Shown: one piece after another, positions 1 to 13,575 of the stretch
Layout of the letters: each line of letters opens with the position of its first letter
Position numbering within the stretch: the first letter of the stretch is position 1
Assembly: GCA_028534125.1 (NCBI GenBank)
Contig: CM052817.1
Location: 59,026,001 to 59,090,000, forward strand
Direction of reading: 5' to 3'
Source of the DNA: Lama glama
Taxonomy: Eukaryota
DNA length: 64,000 nucleotides
Made by a program: the position numbers and the translations under genes
Notes under the pieces: model-generated
What the model was told of the DNA's origin: nothing
What the model saw: the letters and a program-made list of their open reading frames with translations, nothing else
The model's database searches: none

Positions 1-119
1 CAAATTATACTTCCCACACATGGATATCTACTGGAAATGGGACCTAAAGTGTGTGAAGTAAGCATCTTTTATACTTTTTAAACAAAGAAACAATACATTT
101 TTGAGGAAGTAATAGGACA

Positions 120-426
120 AAGAAACTTAGGTTTTGGTTGTGTAATTAGTGAAGAATCTAAACAGAGTGTGGGCTTGGGGCAGTAAGTTAAAGGCCTGTT
201 TGCATAGGCTTCTCAGCCCTGAATTCCCTATCTTTGATGATCAAGGTGTCCTTGTACCTCCGGATGTAGGGAGTGCACCTTTCAATGAGAGACTTATTTC
301 CTGCTTTTTGGGAGACAGAAAGGAGAATCAGAGTGTTCTTACGTTGGCCAGTTCTTAAGTAATTTTAATTCAAATTGATCAATATGTCATTGAGGCACGT
401 TTTGGGTTGCCTACCTTTGGCCGCAA
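120..426 (-). mobile_element. ERV1-class solo LTR fragment (MER34/MER39-like)
   Basis: The end 'caaattgatcaatatgtcattgaggcacgttttgggttgcc' is the reverse complement of a MER34-type LTR start (..GCCACCCCAAAATATGCC..GCATATTGATTATTTTG). Recognised from memory; boundaries approximate. Confidence 0.6.
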
Positions 427-1439
427 TTGCATAAATAGAATTCATCTGAATTAAGAATATTAAATTACATTTAGGATATTTAACTGATTAAAGTCTGAAC
501 CATTTTCCTTTTGCAAACAAAAAGCAGATTATCCTTCATTTAAAGTTCCAACAATCTAAAAAGTCTCATTTGAAACTTTCAGCCCCCTATTCATTACTCT
601 TCTGCTGAACATAATAAACAAAGACCTTGCTAGTGCGATGGCTTATGGGTATATAGTCCCATGAGGCATTCCTTGCATGGAGTTTCTTTTTCCTAAGACT
701 AGAATACTTCGTCCTGTGCTCAGAGGCTGAGGGACTTTCCTCCTGTTTCTGCATCTCTGAGGTTGACTTGCGTGAGGCAGCCTGAACTACGTAAAGTTTT
801 GTCTCCTACATTCCCCCTTATTATGCAATGGACACTCAGTAAATACATGATAAAGGAATGAGTGGATTTTTCTATACACCAACATCAAAGATTCACAGAT
901 GATCATTTTTACTTCTTGAAGCTTTTTGTTAAAACTGGAGATAATCTTAATTAAATTCTCTCACTTTACAGTGGAAACAATGGAGATAGTTCTGGCTAAG
1001 TAACTCAGTATCTGTATGTTGGCTTTGTCCATACGGTGCTTTATTTTACATTTATCTGCTCTATTTCTCAAGTTCTATTATTCTTGTTTAATAGTTTTAA
1101 ATTTTCATAATTTTGTAGAATATTTGTCTATAATGTCTATCTCATGCCAGTCTGCTATGTGTCAGGGTGTCAAAATGACTTAATTGCTTATTCTGCTTAG
1201 CAAAATTTAGAGGGAAATTCACAAATGTTGTCTTTGTGCATGTATGTGTTCACATGAGCAAAATTCTAGGGACAAGTTTTGAAAACAAGTTTAATCTTTG
1301 AAATTTAAATTTCTAATGAAAATACTTTTTTTTAATTTAAAGAAAGATTACGTAGAGTAATATTCTTTTTAAAGGAATATAATTTGTTTCAGGTATATTT
1401 TCACTAATAGGTAAGTGACAACTGTAAAACTCAAGAACA

Positions 1440-2070
1440 TGATATCAGTGATACGTTTGGCTATGAGTAATGAACAAACAAACAAAAAGTATTACAGTCA
1501 TTTAAAAACATATGGAATATATTTGTTTCAAGCACAGGAAATCTGGGAATAGCAATCCAGGGCTGACACAGTGCCTCAGTGAAATCATAAGTTCTGGACT
1601 TTTTCTTACAGCTACCATGCAGTACTGAGCAGCTTAGGTCCAGCAAAAGGTCATCTGACTAGTGGGAAAAAGGGACTGAATGGCTTGGGCTGCCTTTTGT
1701 CCAGAGGGAGTACTCTATTTGTAATTCCCAAGATGCCAAATGGGTCAGCAATAGTCCTCTTTTTTTGTCTTCTTGTTTCACCAACAAGGTAGGTGGCTTT
1801 TGTCATCACAGTCATAAAATAAGGCTGTTGTACATCCGAGCCTTTGCATCTGGGTTCAAGGCAGGAAGAAAGAAGTGTTCCAAGGTTTATTTCTGCGAAA
1901 AACTTTACTTGGAAAATGAAGTCTTTTTCAGTCTTTTAATGGACTCTTGCCATTAGCTTATTGTTCAGAATTGTGCCATGTGTCATCTTTAATGCAAGAG
2001 ATCTGTGAGGAGCAAGTATGTTTATCTGGAATATCTTGACATTGGTGGAGGGAAATCAGGATTCTCTCTG
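1440..2070 (-). mobile_element. Old MaLR LTR (MLT1J/K/L-like)
   Basis: MLT1-type antisense blocks: 'cagggctgacacagtgcctcagtgaaatca', 'gcatctgggttcaaggcaggaagaa', 'cttattgttcagaattgtgccatgtgtcatctttaatgcaagaga'. Confidence 0.6.
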
Positions 2071-3169
2071 TAAGCAGGAAGGGAGAACAGGTATCTGATA
2101 GGCAGCTAGAAGTGGGTGTCATAGGGAATAATTAGATGAAGAAAGAAAAAGACCAAATGAACATGAACCTTGGGTCAATGTTATCAGTGCTGCAGATTTT
2201 CATCCTGAAGATCAAATCTCAGCAGCAAAATTCTGCTGAAATAAAAGTCTCTTCTTTCATATATTTCTATTCCCAATACCACACAGAGCTTCCATACTTG
2301 GCTGCCTGCCACGTGACTAATATGTGAATCGATTCGCTCGTCTTTACTTTCATACCACTTCAGTTCCAGTAACAATATACATGGCAACAGTCTACTCAGT
2401 CTTCACAGCAAAGAAAAAGTTTGGAAAATGTCATCAAATATTTATAGTGTAGAATAGTATTTCCACAGTATGAAAGATTATTAGTTTTAGTTTGAGAAAT
2501 GAAAATGTTTATTGGTACAAAATCTATGAATCAGTTTAGAAATGAGTGTTTTCAAAATTTACAGATTTTCCTTTGCATAATTAGCTTTGGTTTTATTTTT
2601 AATAAGGTTAAATTTGCTTTTCTGAGTTTTGAATTCTAGAATTTCTGGACTTAGAATACATCATAAGTATGTATATTTAAAATATTTTTATATAACCTGT
2701 TCAATGAAGGTCTAGATTGATTTGATTAACATATATAAAGAAAAATAGAAAGGAACTCTGTTAAGACAAATATTTTCTGAACCTTTTAGATTTTAATAAA
2801 ACTTATATGAATGATTTGTCTGTACAGATTAGTTAAAAATGAAAGACTAGTTAATATAATGCGATGAAGGGATTCTATAAAAAAAGATTAATGAATAAAA
2901 TATTTTTGGCCAGTGGGCAAATAGGAATAAAATATATTTAATTTAATATTTTATGGTTAGTAAAAAGTATACTTACCTCATGTCTAATTTACAAAGTACA
3001 ACTGTGGCTTTATATCATATACAGATCAAATTGATCTTCCCCTAGAGTGAAAACTAAAATTCCTATGAAAATTAATAAATTAAAAGATAAAAGGAAAATA
3101 TCTTAGACATATTGATCTTATATCAAGCAAACCTGCAAACCAGTGTTGTTAGTTGCAAAAGTAAGTCAT

Positions 3170-4330
3170 ACTATCTGCAGAAAATGACAACTTTATTTTA
3201 ATTTCCTGATGCTTCAGTAATTTTTCTTGTAAAATTACTAGAATAGCTAGAAAATCACAATACAGTGTTGAATAGAAGTAGCACAGGCATTTGTTTCTCA
3301 TTCCCGGAGTGCATTTAGAATGTCGTCATCAGGTATGATATTTGCTGTATTACTTAGTTTTATGAGATAAATATATTGGGTTTTTTATCTTCGATATTTA
3401 AATGTACTTAATTATAGTAATAGATTTTCTAATTTTGAAACATCCTGTCATTCTTGGAATAAACATAAGATATTAGGGATCTTTCTTAATATATGACTGA
3501 ATTTGGTTTGCTAATATTTTCTTTAAAATTTTGATATCTGTGTTCTCTGAGTAAGATTTGTTTTCTTGTTTGTCTTTCTCTGGTGGGTTGAAAACATGGT
3601 TAGACTCAAAAGACAATATTGAGGTAATGTTTCCTCTTTCAAATTTCTGAAAGAACATGATTATTGGTATTATTCAATATTCGCAAGAACTCATCAGTAA
3701 AAAAGTGGAATCCTGGTGTATTTGTGGGAGGTTTTTAATCTTTATTTTAAAAATGACATGTTTCTTGTTAAACATATTTAGAACCAAATGTATTTTTTTT
3801 CCTTCATTGATTTTAGTAATCTTTATTTACCTAGGGATTTTCCAGTTCACCTAAACTTGAAATATTGTTGACATAAAATTATTCATAATATTTTTTATCT
3901 TTTTATTTCCTGTTACATTTATAGTCATGTCTTCCTTTTAATTCCTAATGTTGTTTATGTTTGGTTTCTTTTGTTGTTAATTTTTTTCCCAAGGCTTCCT
4001 AATGTTATTAGTCATTTTGCTGTATTGTCCCTCTTTTATTTTTCCTCTCATTAATTTCTACTCTTAAGTGTATTCTTTTCTCTCTGCTGTGTAAATGCTT
4101 TTGCATCACTTCTAATTTAAATTTGTAACTTTTTAATTTTAGCCTTTACTTTTTTTAATATAATCCTATTAATCTATGTATTTCCCTCTGAATACTGCTT
4201 TTACTACTTCCACAGGTTTAAAAAGGAGTATTTTCATTATCATTCACAGCTAAGGATTTTATAATTTATAGGGTTATTAGTTTAAAAGTATATTTTATTT
4301 TTTGTTATTATTTTTGTTATTGATGATTAA
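3170..4330 (-). mobile_element. Ancient L1 (L1M-type) ORF2 fragment, highly decayed
   Basis: T-rich antisense L1 ORF2 signatures such as 'aatacagtgttgaatagaagt..caggcatttgtttctcattcc', 'atttggtttgctaatattttctt' and 'tttccctctgaatactgcttt'. Confidence 0.75.
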
Positions 4331-4829
4331 GAGGTAGAAAACATAGGATTGAAATTACAAAGATTTACATTGGAGACAAAAATTTGATAACACTGAGAGG
4401 GCTGATACTTGAGGTCATAGAGTAGATACACTGATTATTGTGGCAATTATGGAGTGAGGAAGGAGCCAAGAAATGACTCCAGAAGACCTGGAAATTTTCT
4501 ATTTGTCTATTTTTTTTCAATTCTCAAAAAACTCTCTTTTTATTCCTCTAAAGTATTAAAATAACCCTTTAGGTAAGCTAGGAGAGAGAGAGTTTGTCTT
4601 CCCTTGGGGAGATCACATACAGTTTGCTACAAAGACTAATTTAATTCTCTGAAAACCAAAATAGAAAGTCATTGTTATCTTTTCAGTTTTCCAGTCTAAA
4701 ATATCACTCTTGCAGTGGGATCAGGGAGTCATTTGCTCTGGGGAGGTGTCTGCCTCAGCTTTTAGCAACTTTACTTTTTGTTAGTAGCATGTTGTCCATT
4801 AAGTACAGATTTCACTTGCCACTTACCTG

Positions 4830-4930
4830 ATTAGAATGTTAGAAACAGAAGGGATCTTTGAAGTCACCCAGTCCAACCCCCTTACTTTACTTTGGAGGAA
4901 AATGACACCCAGGGGAATTGAGTGAATTAA
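4830..4930 (-). mobile_element. MIR/MIR3 SINE fragment
   Basis: 'tagaatgttagaaacagaagggatctttgaagtcacccagtccaacccccttactttac..gaggaaaatga' matches the antisense MIR core. Confidence 0.65.
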
Positions 4931-5079
4931 TTTTTCATGGCTCTTTCTTCCGTAGTCCTATTTTCCTCCATTGTTACATCTTACTGGAGACACTTAAGTT
5001 TTGTTTTTTGATTTTGTGTTTGTTTTTGTGTTGTTCTTTGAATTGCAAATCTGATAATCTGACTGTAATTCTAGACGCA

Positions 5080-5345
5080 CTCTCAACACATTTAAGAAAA
5101 ACATAATGTGCTTCCAAGGAGCCTGCGAAGTCTTGCCTTCTGTCTTCTAGCCTCATCTTCTTTCAGGCTTCTCCTGGCTCTCTGCTCTGTCATAGTGAGC
5201 TTTTCTTCCTGATGCTTCTCTGTCTCCTGTTGCTACAGGGCACTGGGGCTTAGCCTTGTTTCCTTCCCTTTACTTAGTTAATTCTAATTTGTTTTTCAGA
5301 TCTCTGTCCTTTGGCAGTTCCTTAGAATATCTTCCTTTCCCTTCC
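5080..5345 (+). mobile_element. L2 fragment
   Basis: Pyrimidine-rich L2 3' region: 'tctagcctcatcttc..ctggctctctgctct', 'ttagttaattctaatttgtttttcagatctc'. Confidence 0.55.
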
Positions 5346-5681
5346 TGTCAACTAACCTTTATAAATTTGTATAAAATAAAGAAAACAGACTCTCCACAGG
5401 TCTTATTTATTTTAATTTTTATTTTTATTTACCTTAAAAATTGTGAGTATTTGATAAAAAGAGAGCCCCACCCCCCGGCTATAAGCTCCATCAGCACTGC
5501 ACTTAATACAACATCTACCACATGATATTTGTTCACTAAGAAGTATTGCCAGCCTAGACTTGAAACCCAGCTACAAGTCCTGCATTTTTCAATTGTATCT
5601 GTCTGTATCATCAGCAGAAACTCTTTGCAGTTTATTTCTAACATGAAGTTGTTTTCATCTCCGTAAAAATTAGGCTTGTAC

Positions 5682-5743
5682 ACACTGGAATTTGACACAA
5701 CATTGTAAAATGACTATTACTCAATAAAAAAAAAATGTTAAAA
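5682..5743 (+). mobile_element. Extremely 5'-truncated young L1 (~62 bp) with 17-bp TSD
   Basis: Insert 'acactggaatttgacacaacattgtaaaatgactattactcaataaaaaaaaaatgttaaaa' is the reverse complement of the L1 tails at ~38730 and ~63150. Flanked by aaaaattaggcttgtac (5665-5681) and aaaaattaggctcgtac (5744-5760). Confidence 0.9.
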
Positions 5744-8700
5744 AAAAATTAGGCTCGTACGTATAAAACCTTAATGAGTTCGCCACACACTGAAGTCAGC
5801 AAAAGTGTATAATAATAAGACATTAGATACTCATTAAATTATTGAAGTCTTGCTAATTTCTGAAAATGTGCTATGCTGGTTTATTTGACATGGTTTTCTT
5901 TGTGTTGAAACCAGTTAGAGAGGTCATTAAAAACTAATTTTAATTTATGGTTAGTCTTATTTTCTGATTCATATCATATTTTAAAAATAATATCATTATT
6001 TATAGCACAATTGAAAAATTCTTAAAACAAAGTCACACTTTCTTTGCTAATCAAAATATAATATTCTCTTTTTCTTTTAATCTGGAAAGCATTGCTTACA
6101 TTGATAATATTATCATCATCATTATCTACATTACTGAGTGCTTATATATAAACCCTGTGCTACCTTTATAAACTATAATACTAGATAGTTGTAAGCACTT
6201 TCCAGTTAGCATAAAAAAGATTCTCAGTGATCTCAAGGAATGTATAATTAAAAGAGACATATGTCGAAGTAGATGTAAATAATAAACTAAGTCATTTAGG
6301 AAAAGGATGGGTGTAAGAATAAATACACCAGAATAATGGAAAATCTGCCACTGCCATCTAGCATCTGTGTCCTTCTCTAGGTGTCCTAGTTTCTGGTTCC
6401 TTTTGTTTTTCATGTTTGAAAACCACTCAATAGAAGCATATAATAGATTTCATATGTTCCAGTTAAAAAAAAACAGGAACTCTTTGCCTCAGTTGTGACA
6501 CTTTATTATAATGCTACAGAAAGCAGTAGGCAAGACCACATGAGGGTATTAGCAGTTACAGCATCCATCAGGACCAGTAGTAGCTCTAATTGGCCAACTA
6601 CAGAAGGTGGAACATTGGGAGCTCTTTATGTTGTTAATTCAGTTACAGTCATACCATCTACTGTCCTGCTGCTAAATAACTGCCTGGAATCTGAACTCAC
6701 TTTTTACGTAATAAAGTCTTGGTATTTTCCCCACAAAGTCTTAAATAAAGCTTTATTTATTGGGGGGAGATACTCTGTTCCATTAAAAATGGCAATATAA
6801 TTCACATTATTCTGTAATATGTATAAAATATTACAAAACTCAGTTTTCCACATTAAAACTTCAGTTCCAAAACTACTTGAGAGGAACAAACAACTCTCAC
6901 GGAAATGTTGTTAGATTTTTGTGCTTGCTCTTGTGTTAGATTTTTATGCTTATGAACATCTAAACATCCATTCTTGTCACAAAGGCAGTCTTCACCAAAC
7001 ATCTGCAGAAACATTTGGAATGCTATTGTTATGAAAGGAATTGTCCAAGTGTGCATGCTTTTATAACATACCATTATGGTTGGATTGATAGTCTTGAAAA
7101 AAAAGAATTCTGAATACAGTATAATGCACTGTCTTAATCATCTGTCACTGTATATTAGATGAAATGACTTGTTTGTCATAGAATTCTTCAGAATGGCAAT
7201 GTGAGTTGTCTTCTAGAGTTGCAGGTGTTATGTCACCTGAAAAATTATTCACTGCAATCAACTTATTTGCTGAGGTAAGCATTATAAATTTTAGCAAGGA
7301 CTCTAGCTGTCTGTAAATCATTCTTTGCTTTTTACTCTTAATTCACGTTACCCATAATGTTCATTTGCTGTCTCCCACTCCTCCATTTTATGGCTAAAAC
7401 ACAATGCTGATTTTTATTTTAAGTGTATCGTCTCATTATGTTGTACCTCCTACTTCCTCAGATTATGACTTTAAGTTCTGAAAATGGAATAAGGTAGAGC
7501 ACCTCTTGTGAGTTCAAATAAACCACCACAGACTTTATTTAATTATGGTGCGACCATGTAAATCAATAAGTAATGTAATCTTTTCCATAATTAAAAATAA
7601 TACAATCTATATTTGTATACTCCTATTAGAGAAATTTATAGTGTAAAAAGACCAATTAAATACAGGTATTAGTTAGGAGCAGAGATCTCATATTTTCAGT
7701 AAAAAGGGTGTGAATAATAAAAGAGGAAGGCAGAATTAACTATTTTCTGATGGACCTAGAATTGAGTGATTCCATTAAAACAGATTTAATAAATGGCAGT
7801 CTTTCTGTTTTTCAAATATTTATGGAAGCAAAACAATCACTGCAAAATTATTAATATGTTTTGAAAAATGAGCATGACCTAATAATCATTGCACTAAATT
7901 TTACAGTTATCACTGAGTTAAATCAAACAACTTAGAAACTTAAGAATTAGAGTAAAAGAACATTCAGTGTGAGTTTTAAAGAGTCAAATGTTTACACAAG
8001 TTAAGTAATAAGTAATTTGAGAAAATTGAGTAATCATTCTATAAGATTATTGAGAACATTCATTCTGCATAGTTAATGCCAAAATCCTGGGCCTGCTTTG
8101 TTAGACAGCAAGTCTGTTTTACCCCACTGTTTATTCCCTCTCTAGCCAGATCACAGTTGCTCATACCATCTCAACCCAGTCTTTTGTTTGGCATCACACA
8201 TGCTTCCTAGGGTGGGTGTGTCTGGACTTGCATGTATTTATCCATAAGGCTTTGCCTACATGTGTTTCCTGATTCACTAAAAAATAAATTAAAATATTCA
8301 ATAAATATCTACTATGTGCAGTGGACTGTATATTTTGCAGTGTTGGTTGGGGAGACATAAGGAAGGCAGTGGCTGCCATCTAAAATCTAAAGAGGCAGAT
8401 AAAAGAGAAACAGACACACACAGAAACACAAAACCTACAAAACAAGGTGGAAGAAAACACTTTTTACTAATGAAACGTAAATATACAGGCATTGTTTGTA
8501 TATATGTGGACATTTTTGCAGTGTGTTGTGTTTGTGCATCCATTTCTACCTTTAAATAAGTACATGTTCAAGTGTATTCTCATGCGTGTATAATATTTAT
8601 TCTCCCAGTTCCAGCTGTATGCCTGTGTGTGTTGGTTTCTCCTTATTGAAATCACATCTGCTATGTGCTTCCTATATCTGTAAAGCTCACTTAGTGGGGA

Positions 8701-11700
8701 AGATATACTTATCTAGGTAGATAAAAACTAGGATGAGCTGAGATGTAAAAGAGTGTAAAATCAAAAATTCTTCAGTGTTTGTAGTCTTGAATCTACCCTG
8801 AGGGTCTTCTTACTGAGATGAAGTAAGGTTGATAAGTGTATCTTTTCTTAATTAAAAGACTGATGTTGTTCTACATAAAACTATTATCTATTCTTTGTCT
8901 GAGAATAGGCATTTCTGAGTTGGGGTTTTGAAGCCGGGAGCCTCCATTTCTAATATACTAAATGTTCTAAGCCAATGAGGAACCGGTCCCTGGAGTAAGA
9001 AAGGGTAAAATAAGGTAAAGCAAGAGAGGAGTCACAGGGAGAAACTGAGCCCAAATTGCATTCTGTTTTCCCACACCACTTCCATGTGAACTTCCCACCC
9101 TGTCACAGAGTAAGCATCTGGCAGATGGCAGCCTCCTACACCTGGCGTCTCCACCCTAGTCCCACCCTCCATTCCGTGGGGCCTTACTGGTCAAGGGGAG
9201 AATAAATTAGGAAGATTGCTCTGGAGGGGAGGAGAGAGGGCCAAAAAGACTGAGTGGGGCATCCTTACTGAGCATTTTCCCAGTGACAGGGGTGAGACAA
9301 TCATCATTCCACTCATTCAGTTTGGGGTAATAAATAAGGCAGGGTTGGATAAAGGGACGTTTCTCTCATGGAAAATAGAGCAGAAGTCCTTTCTCTTTTC
9401 TAGGCATAGGAGAGGTTCTATAATAATTATCTACAACATGAGAATGAAGAGAGCAAAAATGAGAACTTCTGTGTTTATGCCGGTAGAAAGTCAGGAAATT
9501 TTCAGATGAGGAAAGTAAGCCATGGGGCCGTGGGGCTGAGTGTGATTGTGGATGATGGTGGCAACTTGAGCAGGATCACGAAGAAACCAGGGCATAAATA
9601 TGCTTAAATCATGTTGGTTGGGAGTTGATTCAGAGTTCAAAGAGACAAGAAAAATTGCCTATGATGAACCCTCAGTGTCAGTGATGAAGAGTCATTTGAG
9701 TTGTATAGACATTTCCATTTCCACAATGTGTCATACGTTAAAAAAAAAAATCAAAAAATAATTTTCCAGTCGTGTTTTACTTCCCATTTGCTGTGCTCTC
9801 ATTTTTTTCCCCTGCTTCTCTTGTTCATAGCTTTGGTTGCAAATTGAAGAGAGCCAGCTGAGCAGAGCTGAACTTCCATATAACATAACTAAGAACGAAT
9901 GAGGAGGGTGTGTGTACATAGTAAGAGGAAAGCAGATTTGAAATTCAGTTATAATCATATTTGTGTCTATATGCATTTGTTACCTCTTGTGGATAAGATA
10001 ATCTATTTCATCAAGCTACATTTCAATACATAAGCTCAGTGTAGTCATATGCATGAGGTTTCTATGCACTTTCTTTATAAAACGTTTACCTTACTTTGAT
10101 TAGAAATATGTTTGGAAATTAAAATCCATCTTTATTGACAGAATTTTTGGAGATGCAAGTATTTAATATCCTATAAAGCTGGTCAATAAAGTCACTTATC
10201 TTTAATAGTTAGTTATTACTGCACAGGAAAGAGCCTGGTACTCTATGCTATGTTCTTCCTTTAATACATTGCTGTAACTGGAGGCATAATGGATGCAAGT
10301 TTGATAAATGTCCTTTATATACAGTGAATATTCAGAAATTTCACTGTAGGAAATGTGGAAAAGACTAACTTTTCAGGCAAAATTACATGGAATAAAGTGT
10401 TTAATGCCTAAAGTGATAGATACCATTTATCTTTAAAATAGATTTTCAATAGTAGTTAAATAAAACCATTTACGTTTTTCCTAATTAGAGGTTACTTTGA
10501 CTTTTGAACTATGGCTTCTAAATGTTTATTTTTATAAAAATATTTCTATATTAGTTCATATTGAGTTAAGATCTGCCTGTAGAATTAAACAATGTTAAAC
10601 ATGACTGAGCTCTAAATTTCTCTACCTCAGAGAAAAATACTATTAATGGCTGGGAAATATAGTCCTTTGTGTTGACTTATTAGTAAGTAATAATTATGAA
10701 TACATCCCCTTATCAAATACATGAATATATCTCCTTTTTAAAAATGTAAATAAATACAAAAGCATATAGAATAAACAAAACAGAGTCAGTTTTAGTATCT
10801 TTTCCATAGAGATTATTATACAGTTACATTGATGACCATATGATGATAGCACCTCTAAAGACAGAGATGTTAGTTTTTTCACCAAGTACTAGCTGTATTA
10901 ATGTCTGCTTCATTTTCAGGAAAAGTCAAGTTTAGATTACTGATGCTGTTGTGATGATTTTAAGACAGAGGAGTTAATCTAGCTTTCTTGAAAATTTTGG
11001 ACAAATACTTTTAAATGAATTCATTTGGACTAAATAGGTGATTGAATGATAGTGCTTATTTTTAATGCATGAATATCCACTGCAGTTTCCTGATTTGTCT
11101 CACACACATTGGCACCATCTAATACACAAAAGAAGTATATTTTTCTTCATTGTGTGAAGTCTTACCTTACTACCTTCTGATACTAAAGGCTGTATCTGGT
11201 GAAATCAGCCCTGTCTAATTCCTTAATCTAAATTGAAAATATATTTGAGGATCTGGCCCTTTAAAAAGTGCATCTGAAAGCAGTCTGTTTCCTTCCATTT
11301 TGGTGTCTAGTCCTGTCCCATCTTGTGAAGTTTGGGCTGCGGCTTCTTCTAATCCTTAATGATTGTGGCTGGTTTGCCTGCTGGGCCTTTTGAACTCACC
11401 CTGTGCTTAGTTCCTACTCTGGGTGATGTTTGAACCTGAATTTGGACTCAGCTTTGGCCAAGTGAGCTGGGATAAAACACTCTTGCACTGCTCTATGAGG
11501 CTTTCCTTCTCAATTGTGGTAGCTGTAACAGATACTCTCAACAACTAAGGAAACCTCCTAGATATTCTCTGGGAGATGATTGGGGCTTTTTGTAAAGTTA
11601 CCAGTGTATGAAGGTTTGATTTTTTTTTTAATTTATTAGTCATGGTGGGAGAATTGGTACTTTCTAGATTGTATTTAAGTATTATTACTTTAAAAGTTTT

Positions 11701-13339
11701 AATTGCATAGGAAGGAGGGGTGTGTGATAGTGGAGTTGGGGAAAGCAAAGCAGTATTTTCAGTATTTTAGGTCCAGTCTTGTAGGCACCTAACCATACCT
11801 AATACCTTTGTCCTTCTCTTCCAATAAAACCTCTTGAGGAGAGCTCTGTCAGAGTAAAGATTATTTAGCCACCTTGAACTTGAACGCTGGCTCCTCTCCA
11901 TAGGTGGATAGTTCTGTTATCCAGGGGAGCTTTGTGAATCTCCCCAGGTTGTTTCTACACCTTCTTTCTCTCCAGCCTAGTCTTCCTTCACAGCCTTGCA
12001 GTCACGGCCATGCTGCCTATCATGACTTACAGCAATTATTACAGAAGCTAAGTTGAGAATGCAGGAATTTTTATTAATGATAACCTTGCAAAATAGAAAG
12101 ATATAAGGTGAATCCTCTGTGTGAGGCAAGCACTAGCTTCATAAGGAGAGTATCGAAATGTGCAATGAAAAAGAATTCTATTTCAGGTTCTTTAAGACAT
12201 GACAAAAGCCCAGAGAATTGTCCCTTGGGACATGACTTTAAGAGTTGAGGAAATAACTCTGTAATTCTGGAAGAATCAAAGTTTGTGCCATCCTGTGGTA
12301 TTTTTTAGAAATTAACTGAGGGCAGTGAAGGAAATAGCATGACAAATGGATTACATAAATATGTTGACTGGGATATACTGTAATTCATAAATACAACTAA
12401 GAAGAAAGCACAGGCTTTTTAAATCTCTTAAAATGCTTTAAAATAAGATACCAAAATACAACTATGCCAAATGATCTGAAATGCATGTAACATCTATATT
12501 TACATATAATGACCAGTTTGCAGGTAAGAATTAGAACAAATTTTGCATTTTAGGTAATTTTTTTCCATTTCCCTGATGAATCTTTTTCTTTATTATTGAA
12601 GTATAGTCAGTTACAATGTGTAATTTTAAAAACTGCACCTCACATGGATCCTGCTAATGTGGTTTTTCAGTATCTCTCTGATTAAATGTTAATAGTACAT
12701 TCTCAAAAGTAAAGACCAGAAAACTGAAATCCATAAAAGTACCCTATGATGTCTACATGTTATTGTAGTTTTCCCTTTAAGTATAGATTTTTATCTGTTC
12801 TAAAGAAAGCAAAACTTTTAAAATACTACTTAGCAATCTTTTGAAAAACAGGCAGTTTGACCAAAAATACTACATATATTTGAAGACTACTGTTCATTTA
12901 CTATTCAGTTTTTCTTCTACTTTCCCCATCATGTCATATGATCAGTTTGAGATCAATTTGTTTGACTTTCGTACTCTATCAGTGCTTCACAGCTCAGGCA
13001 ATAAAATAAATTTCTAGTGCGCTATACTTAGCAAGATTGTATCAATTAAAGGGACAATTAAAGCAAACAATCTTTTATAAGTTGATTTCTGAATAGTTGC
13101 ATTTTCTCAACTTTATGATACTTCTAAATATTTTATGAATAATACTAAATTGTTAATTCTCTAAATCCTAAAAGTAAACGTATAGTATGTGCCCATGTTC
13201 AAAATCAGTGAAAAATAACTGAAATCATGAGAAAATTTAAAACTTATTTTTATTTCAATCTCTGTATTTTTTCTCCCAAAGATTCCAGTTTTTTTATTTT
13301 ATTTTAATATTATATCATTTTGATAATAATTTTAAAACC

Positions 13340-13575
13340 AGTGATTATTGAATGATTATTACATGTCAGGTGATGTACCTCATGCTTTTTATTCCATATA
13401 GATCACATCCTTACAGAATCCTCACAATAGTGGTTCATGTGATTGTCTTCGCTTTACAAATGAGGGAATTATATCTTAAACATTTAAGAAACTTGACAAA
13501 GTCATACAACCTATAACTGTTAGAGCTAGAAGCTAAACCTAGGTACTGTCTCAGAGTTTGTGCTTTACCTACCAA
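13340..13575 (-). mobile_element. MIR SINE, near full length
   Basis: 'ttattgaatgattattacatgtcagg..aatcctcacaa..tttacaaatgagggaatt..aacttgacaaagtcatacaac..agagctagaagctaaacctagg'. Confidence 0.8.
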
